DNA from: Eledone cirrhosa
Lineage: Eukaryota
Length of the DNA stretch: 64,000 nucleotides
Assembly (NCBI GenBank): GCA_964016885.1
Contig: OZ024755.1
Location: 40,734,001-40,798,000 of the forward strand
Reading direction: 5' to 3'
Positions within the stretch are counted from its first letter, which is position 1, and each line of letters opens with the position of its first letter. Of this stretch, positions 30,600 through 44,020 are shown in pieces. Position numbers and translations under genes: made by a program. The notes under the pieces are model-generated. The model was given only the letters and a program-made list of their open reading frames with translations. It had not been told where the DNA came from and ran no database searches.

Positions 30600-33500
30600 T
30601 TTAACCCTTCCATTACCATATTTCTAATGAAAGACACTGTCTATGTCATTAACCCTTCCATTACCAGATTTCTAATGAAAGACACTATATATGTCATTAA
30701 CCCTTCCATTACCATATTTCTTATGAAAGACACTGTCTATGTCATTAAGCCTTCCATTACCATATTTGTAATGAAAGACACTGTATATGTCATTAACCCT
30801 TCCATTACCATATTTCTAATGAAAGACACTGTCTATGTCATTAACCCTTCCATTAACAGATTTCTAATGAAAGACACTGTATATGTCATTAACCCTTCCA
30901 TTACCATATTTCTAATAAAAGACACTGTCTATGTCTTTAACCCTTTCATTACCATATTTCCAATAAAAGACACCGTCTATGTCTTTAACCTTTTCATTAC
31001 CATATTTCTAATAAAAGACACCGTCTATGTCATTAACCCTTTCATTACCATATTTCTAATAAAAGACACCTTCTATGTCTTTAACCCTTTCATTACCATA
31101 TTTCTAATAAAAGACACCGTCTATGTCTTTAACCCTTACATTACCATATTTCTAATAAAAGACACTGTCTATGTCATTAACCCTTTCATTACCATATTTC
31201 TAATAAAAGACACTGTCTATGTCTTACCATATTTCTAATAAAAGACACCGTCTATGTCATCAACCCTTTTATTACCATATTTCTAATAAAAGACACCGTC
31301 TATGTCATTAACCCTTTCATTACCATATTGCTAATGAAAGACACTATCTATGTCTTTAACCCTTTCATTACCATATTTCTAATAAAAGACACCGTCTATG
31401 TCATTAACCCTTTCATTACCATATTTCTAATGAAAGACACTGTCTATGTCATTAACCCTTCCATTACCATATTTCTAATGAAAGACACTGTCTATGTCAT
31501 TAACCCTTCCATTAACAGATTTCTAATGAAAGACACTGTATATGTCATTAACCCTTCCATTACCATATTTCTAATACAAGACACTGTCTATATCTTTAAC
31601 CCTCTCATTACCATATTTCTAATAAAAGACACCGTCTATGTCTTTAACCTTTTCATTACCATATTTCTAATAAAAGACACCGTCTATGTCATTAACCCTT
31701 TCATTACCATATTTCTAATAAAAGACACCGTCTATGTCTTTAACCCTTTCATTACCATATTTCTAATAAAAGACACCGTCTATGTCTTTAACCCTTACAT
31801 TACCATATTTCTAATAAAAGACACTGTCTATGTCATTAACCCTTTCATTACCATATTTCTAATAAAAGACACTGTCTATGTCATACCATATTTCTAATAA
31901 AAGACACCGTCTATGTCATCAACCCTTTCATTACCATATTTCTAATAAAAGACACCGTCTATGTCATTAACCCTTTCATTACCATATTGCTAATGAAAGA
32001 CACTATCTATGTCTTTAACCCTTTCATTACCATATTTCTAATAAAAGACACCGTCTATGTCATTAACCCTTTCATTACCATATTTCTAATGAAAGACACT
32101 GTCTATGTCATTAACCCTTTCATTACCATATTTCTAATAAAAGACACCGTCTATGTCATTAACCCTTTCATTACCATATTTCTAATGAAAGACACTGTCT
32201 ATGTCATTAACCCTTTCATTACCATATTTCTAATAAAAGACACTGTCTATGTCTTTAACCCTTTCATTACCATATTTCTAATAAAAGACACCGTCTATGT
32301 CTTTAACCCTTTCATTACCATATTTCTAATAAAAGACACCGTCTATGTCATTAACCCTTTCATTACCATATTGCTAATGAAAGACACTGTCTATGTCATT
32401 AACCCTTTCATTACCATATTTCTAATGAAATACACCGTCTATGTCTTTAACACTTTCATTACCATATTTCTAATGAAAGACACCGTCTATGTCATTAACC
32501 CTTCCATTACCGGATTTCTAATGAAAGACACTGTATATGTCATTAACCCTTCCATTACCATTTTTCTAATGAAAGACACCGTCTACGTCATTAACCCTTA
32601 CATTACCATATTTCTAATGAAAGACACCGTCTATGTCTTTAACCCTTCCATCAACATATTTCTAATGAAAGACACTGTCTATGTCATTAACCCTTCCATT
32701 ACCATATTTCTAATGAAAGACACTGTATATGTCATTAACCCTTCCATTACCAGATTTCTAATGAAAGACACTGTATATGTCATTAACCCTTCCATTACCA
32801 TATTTCTAATGAAAGACACCGTCTATGTCATTAACCCTTCCATTACCATATTTCTAATGAAAGACACCGTCTATGTCTTTAACCCTTCCATTACCATATT
32901 TCTAATGAAAGACACTGTATATGCCATTAACCCTTCCATTACCATATTTCTAATGAAAGACACTGTATATGTCATTAACCCTTCCATTACCAGATTTCTA
33001 ATGAAAGACACCGTCTATGTCATTAACCCTTCCATTACCATATTTCTAATGAAAGACACCGTCTATGTCTTTAACCCTTCCATTACCATATTTCTAATGA
33101 AAGACACTGTCTATGTCATTAACCCTTCCATTACCAGATTTCTAATGAAAGACACTATATATGTCATTAACCCTTCCATTACCATATTTCTTATGAAAGA
33201 CACTGTCTATGTCATTAACCCTTCCATTACCATATTTGTAATGAAAGACACTGTATATGTCATTAACCCTTCCATTACCATATTTCTAATGAAAGACACT
33301 GTCTATGTCATTAACCCTTCCATTAACAGATTTCTAATGAAAGACACTGTATATGTCATTAACCCTTCCATTACCATATTTCTAATAAAAGACACTGTCT
33401 ATGTCTTTAACCCTTTCATTACCATATTTCTAATAAAAGACACCGTCTATGTCTTTAACCTTTTCATTACCATATTTCTAATAAAAGACACCGTCTATGT

Positions 33501-35470
33501 CATTAACCCTTTCATTACCATATTTCTAATAAAAGACACCTTCTATGTCTTTAACCCTTTCATTACCATATTTCTAATAAAAGACACCGTCTATGTCTTT
33601 AACCCTTACATTACCATATTTCTAATAAAAGACACTGTCTATGTCATTAACCCTTTCATTACCATATTTCTAATAAAAGACACTGTCTATGTCTTACCAT
33701 ATTTCTAATAAAAGACACCGTCTATGTCATCAACCCTTTTATTACCATATTTCTAATAAAAGACACCGTCTATGTCATTAACCCTTTCATTACCATATTG
33801 CTAATGAAAGACACTATCTATGTCTTTAACCCTTTCATTACCATATTTCTAATAAAAGACACCGTCTATGTCATTAACCCTTTCATTACCATATTTCTAA
33901 TGAAAGACACTGTCTATGTCATTAACCCTTCCATTACCATATTTCTAATGAAAGACACTGTCTATGTCATTAACCCTTCCATTAACAGATTTCTAATGAA
34001 AGACACTGTATATGTCATTAACCCTTCCATTACCATATTTCTAATACAAGACACTGTCTATGTCTTTAATTCTCTCATTACCATATTTCTAATAAAAGAC
34101 ACCGTCTATGTCTTTAACCTTTTCATTACCATATTTCTAATAAAAGACACCGTCTATGTCATTAACCCTTTCATTACCATATTTCTAATAAAAGACGCCG
34201 TCTATGTCTTTAACCCTTTCATTACCATATTTCTAATAAAAGACACCGTCTATGTCTTTAACCCTTACATTACCATATTTCTAATAAAAGACACTGTCTA
34301 TGTCATTAACCCTTTCATTACCATATTTCTAATAAAAGACACTGTCTATGTCATACCATATTTCTAATAAAAGACACCGTCTATGTCATCAACCCTTTCA
34401 TTACCATATTTCTAATAAAAGACACCGTCTATGTCATTAACCCTTTCATTACCATATTGCTAATGAAAGACACTATCTATGTCTTTAACCCTTTCATTAC
34501 CATATTTCTAATAAAAGACACCGTCTATGTCATTAACCCTTTCATTACCATATTTCTAATGAAAGACACTGTCTATGTCATTAACCCTTTCATTACCATA
34601 TTTCTAATAAAAGACACTGTCTATGTCTTTAACCCTTTCATTACCATATTTCTAATAAAAGACACCGTCTATGTCTTTAACCCTTTCATTACCATATTTC
34701 TAATAAAAGACACCGTCTATGTCATTAACCCTTTCATTACCATATTGCTAATGAAAGACACTGTCTATGTCATTAACCCTTTCATTACCATATTTCTAAT
34801 GAAATACACCGTCTATGTCTTTAACACTTTCATTACCATATTTCTAATGAAAGACACCGTCTATGTCATTAACCCTTCCATTACCGGATTTCTAATGAAA
34901 GACACTGTATATGTCATTAACCCTTCCATTACCATTTTTCTAATGAAAGACACCGTCTACGTCATTAACCCTTACATTACCATATTTCTAATGAAAGACA
35001 CCGTCTATGTCTTTAACCCTTCCATCAACATATTTCTAATGAAAGACACTGTCTATGTCATTAACCCTTCCATTACCATATTTCTAATGAAAGACACTGT
35101 ATATGTCATTAACCCTTCCATTACCAGATTTCTAATGAAAGACACTGTATATGTCATTAACCCTTCCATTACCATATTTCTAATGAAAGACACCGTCTAT
35201 GTCATTAACCCTTCCATTACCATATTTCTAATGAAAGACACCGTCTATGTCTTTAACCCTTCCATTACCATATTTCTAATGAAAGACACTGTATATGCCA
35301 TTAACCCTTCCATTACCATATTTCTAATGAAAGACACTGTATATGTCATTAACCCTTCCATTACCAGATTTCTAATGAAAGACACCGTCTATGTCATTAA
35401 CCCTTCCATTACCATATTTCTAATGAAAGACACCGTCTATGTCTTTAACCCTTCCATTACCATATTTCTA
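30600..35470. repeat. Tandem duplication of about 52 monomers (2470 bp); boundaries approximate
   Basis: Pairs 31238/33708, 31328/33798 and 31897/34367 differ by 2470 = 52x48 - 26 (two 13-bp deletions). Both copies share the private variants accttctat (DTF) and tatgcc (YA). Confidence 0.88.
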
Positions 35471-38400
35471 ATGAAAGACACCGTCTAGGTCATTAACCCC
35501 TCCATTACCATATTTCTAATGAAAGACACTGTCTAGTCATTAACCCTTTTATTACCATATTTCTAATGAAAGACACTGTCTATGTCATTAACCCTTCCAT
35601 TACCATATTTCTAATGAAAGACACTGTCTATGTCATTAACCTTTTCATTACCATATTTCTAATGAAAGACACCGTCTATGTCTTTAACACTTTCATTACC
35701 ATATTTCTAATGAAAGACACCGTCTATGTCATTAATCCTTTCATTACCAGATTTCTATTGAAAGACACCGTCTATGTCATTAACCCTTCCATTACCAGAT
35801 TTCTAATGAAAGACACTATATATGTCATTAACCCTTCCATTACCATATTTCTTATGAAAGACACTGTCTATGTCATTAACCCTTCCATTACCATATTTGT
35901 AATGAAAGACACTGTATATGTCATTAACCCTTCCATTACCATATTTCTAATGAAAGACACTGTCTATGTCATTAACCCTTCCATTACCATATTTCTAATG
36001 AAAGACACTGTCTATGTCATTAACCCTTCCATTAACAGATTTCTAATGAAAGACACTGTATATGTCATTAACCCTTCCATTACCATATTTCTAATGAAAG
36101 ACACTGTCTATGTCATTAACCCTTCCATTAACAGATTTCTAATGAAAGACACTGTATATGTCATTAACCCTTCCATTACCATATTTCTAATAAAAGACAC
36201 TGTCTATGTCTTTAACCCTTTCATTACCATATTTCTAATAAAAGACACCGTCTATGTCTTTAACCTTTTCATTACCATATTTCTAATAAAAGACACCGTC
36301 TATGTCATTAACCCTTTCATTACCATATTTCTAATAAAAGACACCGTCTATGTCTTTAACCCTTTCATTACCATATTTCTAATAAAAGACACCGTCTATG
36401 TCTTTAACCCTTACATTACCATATTTCTAATAAAAGACACTGTCTATGTCATTAACCCTTTCATTACCATATTTCTAATAAAAGACACTGTCTATGTCTT
36501 ACCATATTTCTAATAAAAGACACCGTCTATGTCATCAACCCTTTCATTACCATATTTCTAATAAAAGACACCTTCTATGTCATTAACCCTTTCATTACCA
36601 TATTGCTAATGAAAGACACTATCTATGTCTTTAACCCTTTCATTACCATATTTCTAATAAAAGACACCGTCTATGTCATTAACCCTTTCATTACCATATT
36701 TCTAATGAAAGACACTGTCTATGTCATTAACCCTTTCATTACCATATTTCTAATAAAAGACACCGTCTATGTCATTAACCCTTTCATTACCATATTTCTA
36801 ATGAAAGACACTGTCTATGTCATTAACCCTTTCATTACCATATTTCTAATAAAAGACACCGTCTATGTCTTTAACCCTTTCATTACCATATTTCTAATAA
36901 AAGACACTGTCTATGTCATTAACCCTTTCATTACCATATTTCTAATGAAAGACACTGTCTATGTCATTAACCCTTTCATTACCATATTTCTAATAAAAGA
37001 CACCGTCTATGTCATTAACCCTTCCATTACCATATTTCTAATGAAAGACACTGTCTATGTCATTAACCCTTCCATTAACAGATTTCTAATGAAAGACACT
37101 GTATATGTCATTAACCCTTCCATTACCATATTTCTAATGAAAGACACCGTCTATGTCTTTAACCCTTCCATCAACATATTTCTAATGAAAGACACCGTCT
37201 ATGTCATTAACCCTTTCATTACCATATTTCTAATGAAAGACACCGTCTAGGTCATTAACCCCTCCATTACCATATTTCTAATGAAAGACACTGTCTATGT
37301 CATTAGCCCTTTCATTACCATATTTCTAATGAAAGAGACCGTCTATGTCATTAACCCTTCCATTACCATATTTCTAATAAAAGACACCGTCTATGTCATT
37401 AACCCTTTCATTACCATATTTCTAATAAAAGACACCGTCTATGTCTTTAACCCTTCCATTACCATATTTCTAATGAAAAACACTGTCTATGTCATTAACC
37501 CTTTCATTACCATATTTCTAATGAAAGACACTGTCTATGTCTTTAACCCTTTCATTACCATATTTCTAATAAAAGACACCGTCTATGTCTTTAACCCTTC
37601 CATTACCATATTTCTAATGAAAAACACTGTCTATGTCATTAACCCTTTTATTACCATATTTCTAATGAAAGACACTGTCTATGTCATTAAACCTTCCATT
37701 ACCATATTTCTAATGAAAGACACCGTCTATGTCATTAACCCTTTCATTACCATATTTCTAATGAAAAACACCGTCAATGTCATTAACCCTTCCATTACCA
37801 TATTTCTAATGAAAGACACTGTCTATGTCATTAACCCTTTCATTACCATATTTGTAATGAAAAACACCGTCTATGTCATTAACCCTTTCATTACCATATT
37901 GCTAATGAAAGACACTGTCTATGTCATTAACCCTTTCATTACCATATTTCTAATGAAAGACACCGTCTATGTCATTAACCCTTCCATTTCCGGATTTCTA
38001 ATGAAAGACACTGTATATGTCATTAACCCTTCCATTACCATATTTCTAATGAAAGACACCGTCTACGTCATTAACCCTTACATTACCATATTTCTAATGA
38101 AAGACACCGTTTATGTCTTTAACCCTTCCATCAACATATTTCTAATGAAAGACACTGTCTATGTCATTAACCCTTCCATTACCATATTTCTAATGAAAGA
38201 CACTGTATATGTCATTAACCCTTCCATTACCAGATTTCTAGTGAAAGACACTGTATATGTCATTAACCCTTCCATTACCATATTTCTAATGAAAGACACC
38301 GTCTATGTCATTAACCCTTCCATTACCATATTTCTAATGAAAGACACCGTCTATGTCTTTAACCCTTCCATTACCATATTTCTAATGAAAGACACTGTAT

Positions 38401-41400
38401 ATATCATTAACCCTTCCATTACCATATTTCTAATGAAAGACACTGTATATGTCATTAACCCTTCCATTACCAGATTTCTAATGAAAGACACCGTCTATGT
38501 CATTAACCCTTCCATTACCATATTTCTAATGAAAGACACCGTCTATGTCTTTAACCCTTCCATTACCATATTTCTAATGAAAGACACCGTCTAGGTCATT
38601 AACCCCTCCATTACCATATTTCTAATGAAAGACACTGTCTAGTCATTAACCCTTTTATTACCATATTTCTAATGAAAGACACTGTCTATGTCATTAACCC
38701 TTCCATTACTATATTTCTAATGAAAGACACCGTCTATGTCTTTAACACTTTCATTACCATATTTCTAATGAAAGACACCGTCTATGTCATTAATCCTTTC
38801 ATTACCAGATTTCTAATGAAAGACACCGTCTATGTCTTTAACCCTTCCATTACCATATTTCTAATGAAAGACACTGTCTATGTCATTAACCCTTCCATTA
38901 CCAGATTTCTAATGAAAGACACTATATATGTCATTAACCCTTCCATTACCATATTTCTAATGAAAGACACTGTCTATGTCATTAACCCTTCCATTACCAT
39001 ATTTGTAATGAAAGACACTGTATATGTCATTAACCCTTCCATTACCATATTTCTAATGAAAGACACTGTCTATGTCATTAACCCTTCCATTAACAGATTT
39101 CTAATGAAAGACACTGTATATGTCATTAACCCTTCCATTACCATATTTCTAATAAAAGACACTGTCTATGTCTTTAACCCTTTCATTACCATATTTCTAA
39201 TAAAAGACACCGTCTATGTCTTTAATCTTTTCATTACCATATTTCTAATAAAAGACACCGTCTATGTCATTAACCCTTTCATTACCATATTTCTAATAAA
39301 AGACACCGTCTATGTCTTTAACCCTTTCATTACCATATTTCTAATAAAAGACACCGTCTATGTCTTTAACCCTTACATTACCATATTTCTAATAAAAGAC
39401 ACTGTCTATGTCATTAACCCTTTCATTACCATATTTCTAATAAAAGACACTGTCTATGTCTTTAACCCTTTCATTACCATATTTCTAATAAAAGACACCG
39501 TCTATGTCATCAACCCTTTCATTACCATATTTCTAATAAAAGACACCGTCTATGTCATTAACCCTTTCATTACCATATTGCTAATGAAAGACACTATCTA
39601 TGTCTTTAACCCTTTCATTACCATATTTCTAATAAAAGACACCGTCTATGTCATTAACCCTTTCATTACCATATTTCTAATGAAAGACACTGTCTATGTC
39701 ATTAACCCTTTCATTACCATATTTCTAATAAAAGACACCGTCTATGTCTTTAACCCTTTCATTACCATATTTCTAATAAAAGACACCGTCTATGTCATTA
39801 ACCCTTTCATTACCATATTGCTAATGAATGACACTGTCTATGTCATTAACCCTTTCATTACCAGATTTCTAATGAAAGACACTGTATATGTCATTAACCC
39901 TTCCATTACCATATTTCTAATGAAAGACACCGTCTATGTCTTTAACCCTTCCATCAACATATTTCTAATGAAAGACACTGTCTATGTCATTAACCCTTCC
40001 ATTACCATATTTCTAATGAAAGACACCGTCTATGTCTTTAACCCTTCCATTACCAGATTTCTAATGAAAGACACTGTCTAGCCATTAACCCTTTTATTAC
40101 CATATTTCTAATGAAAGACACTGTCTATGTCATTAAACCTTCCATTACCATATTTCTAATAAAAGACACCGTCTATGTCTTTAACCCTTCCATTACCATA
40201 TTTCTAATGAAAAACACTGTCTATGTCATTAACCCTTTCATTACTATATTTCTAATGAAAGACACCGTCTATGTCTTTAACCCTTCCATTACCATATTTC
40301 TAATGAAAAACACTGTCTATGTCATACATCTTTCATTACCATATTTTTAATGAAAGACACCGTCTATGTCATTAACCCTTTCATTACTATATTTCTAATG
40401 AAAGACACTGTCTATGTCATTAAACCTTCCATTACCATATTTCTAATAAAAGACACCGTCTATGTCATTAACCCTTTCATTACCATATTTCTAATGAAAG
40501 ACACTGTCTATGTCTTTAACCCTTCCATTACCATATTTCTAATGAAAAACACTGTCTATGTCATAAATCTTTCATTACCATATTTTTAATGAAAGACACT
40601 GTCTATGTCTTTAACCCTAAACACCGTCCATGTCATTAACCCTTTCATTACCATATTTCTAATAAAAGACGCTGTCTATGTCTTTAACCCTTTCATTACC
40701 ATATTTCTAATGAAAAACACCGTCTATGTCATTAACCCTTCCATTACCATATTTCTAATGAAAGACACTGTCTATGTCATTAACCCTTTCATTACCATAT
40801 TTGTAATGAAAAACACCGTCTATGTCATTAACCCTTCCATTACCATATTCCTATTGAAAGACACTGCCTATGTCATTAACCTTTTCATTACCATATTTCT
40901 AATAAAAGACACCGTCTATGTCATTAACCCTTTCATTACCATATTGCTAATGAAAGACACTGTCTATGTCATTAACCCTTTCATTACCAGATTTCTAATG
41001 AAATACACCGTCTATGTCTTTAACACTTTCATTACCATATTTCTAATGAAAGACACCGTCTATGTCATTAACCCTTCCATTTCCGGATTTCTAATGAAAG
41101 ACACTGTATATGTCATTAACCCGTCCATTACCATATTTCTAATGAAAGACACCGTCTACGTCATTAACCCTTACGTTACCATATTTCTAATGAAAGACAC
41201 CGTTTATGTCTTTAACCCTTCCATCAACATATTTCTAATGAAAGACACTGTCTATGTCATTAACCCTTCCATTACCATATTTCTAATGAAAGACACTGTA
41301 TATATGTCATTAACCCTTCCATTACCAGATTTCTAGTGAAAGACACTGTATATGTCATTAACCCTTCCATTACCATATTTCTAATGAAAGACACCGTCTA

Positions 41401-42724
41401 TGTCATTAACCCTTCCATTACCATATTTCTAATGAAAGACACCGTCTATGTCTTTAACCCTTCCATTACCATATTTCTAATGAAAGACACTGTATATATC
41501 ATTAACCCTTCCATTACCATATTTCTAATGAAAGACACTGTATATGTCATTAACCCTTCCATTACCAGATTTTTAATGAAAGACACCGTCTATGTCATTA
41601 ACCCTTCCATTACCATATTTCTAATGAAAGACACCGTCTATGTCTTTAACCCTTCCATTACCATATTTCTAATGAAAGACACCGTCTAGGTCATTAACCC
41701 CTCCATTACCATATTTCTAATGAAAGACACTGTCTAGTCATTAACCCTTTTATTACCATATTTCTAATGAAAGACACTGTCTATGTCATTAACCCTTCCA
41801 TTACCATATTTCTAATGAAAGACACCGTCTATGTCTTTAACCCTTCCATTACCATATTTCTAATGAAAGACACCGTCTAGGTCATTAACCCCTCCATTAC
41901 CATATTTCTAATGAAAGACACTGTCTAGTCATTAACCCTTTTATTACCATATTTCTAATGAAAGACACTGTCTATGTCATTAACCCTTCCATTACCATAT
42001 TTCTAATAAAAGACACCGTCTATGTCTTTAACCTTTTCATTACTATATTTCTAATGAAAGACACTGTCTATGTCATTAACCCTTCCATTACCATATTTCT
42101 AATGAAAGACACCGTCTATGTCTTTAACCCTTCCATTACCATCTTTCTAATGAAAGACACCGTCTAGGTCATTAACCCCTCCATTACCATATTTCTAATG
42201 AAAGACACTGTCTAGTCATTAACCCTTTTATTACCATATTTCTAATGAAAGACACTGTCTATGTCATTAACCCTTCCATTACCATATTTCTAATAAAAGA
42301 CACCGTCTATGTCTTTAACCTTTTCATTACCATATTTCTAATGAAAGACACTGTCTATGTCTTTAATCCTTTCATTACCATATTTCTAATAAAAGACACC
42401 GTCTATGTCTTTAACACTTTCATTACCATATTTCTAATGAAAGACACCGTCTATGTCATTAACCCTTTCATTACCATATTGCTAATGAAAGACACTATCT
42501 ATGTCTTTAACCCTTTCATTACCATATTTCTAATAAAAGACACCGTCTATGTCATTAACCCTTTCATTACCATATTTCTAATGAAAGACACTGTCTATGT
42601 CATTAACCCTTTCATTACCATATTTCTAATAAAAGACACCGTCTATGTCTTTAACCCTTTCATTACCATATTTCTAATAAAAGACACCGTCTATGTCATT
42701 AACCCTTTCATTACCATATTGCTA

Positions 42725-44020
42725 ATGAAAGACACTGTCTATGTCATTAACCCTTTCATTACCAGATTTCTAATGAAAGACACTGTATATGTCATTAACC
42801 CTTCCATTACCAGATTTCTAATGAAAGACACCGTCTATGTCATTAACCCTTCCATTACCAGATTTCTAATGAAAGACACTGTCTATGTCATTAACCCTTC
42901 CATTACCAGATTTCTAATGAAAGACACTGTATATGTCATTAACCCTTCCATTACCAGATTTCTAATGAAAGACACCGTCTATGTCATTAACCCTTCCATT
43001 ACCAGATTTCTAATGAAAGACACCGTCTATGTCATTAACCCTTCCATTACCAGATTTCTAATGAAAGACACTGTATATGTCATTAACCCTTCCATTACCA
43101 GATTTCTAATGAAAGACACCGTGTATGTCATTAACCCTTCCATTACCAGATTTCTAATGAAAGACACTGTATATGTCATTAACCCTTCCATTACCAGATT
43201 TCTAATGAAAGACACCGTCTATGTCATTAACCCTTCCATTACCAGATTTCTAATGAAAGACACTGTCTATGTCATTAACCCTTCCATTACCAGATTTCTA
43301 ATGAAAGACACTGTATATGTCATTAACCCTTCCATTACCAGATTTCTAATGAAAGACACCGTCTATGTCATTAACCCTTCCATTACCAGATTTCTAATGA
43401 AAGACACTGTCTATGTCATTAACCCTTCCATTACCAGATTTCTAATGAAAGACACCGTCTATGTCATTAACCCTTCCATTACCAGATTTCTAATGAAAGA
43501 CACTGTCTATGTCATTAACCCTTCCATTACCAGATTTCTAATGAAAGACACTGTATATGTCATTAACCCTTCCATTACCAGATTTCTAATGAAAGACACT
43601 GTCTATGTCATTAACCCTTCCATTACCAGATTTCTAATGAAAGACACTGTCTATGTCATTAACCCTTCCATTACCAGATTTCTAATGAAAGACACCGTCT
43701 ATGTCATTAACCCTTCCATTACCAGATTTCTAATGAAAGACACTGTCTATGTCATTAACCCTTCCATTACCAGATTTCTAATGAAAGACACCGTCTATGT
43801 CATTAAACCTTCCATTACCAGATTTCTAATGAAAGACACTGTCTATGTCATTAACCCTTCCATTACCAGATTTCTAATGAAAGACACTGTCTATGTCATT
43901 AACCCTTCCATTACCAGATTTCTAATGAAAGACACCGTCTATGTCATTAACCCTTCCATTAACAGATTTCTAATGAAAGACACTGTCTATGTCATTAACC
44001 CTTCCATTACCAGATTTCTA
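42725..44020. repeat. Homogeneous run of 27 AGA-type monomers
   Basis: Every monomer ends in cAGAtttcta (ITRFL). Variation is almost limited to ACY and GTM. Sister runs are at 45029-46324, 48147-48578, 51650-52801, 55155-56162 and 58516-59523. Confidence 0.92.
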
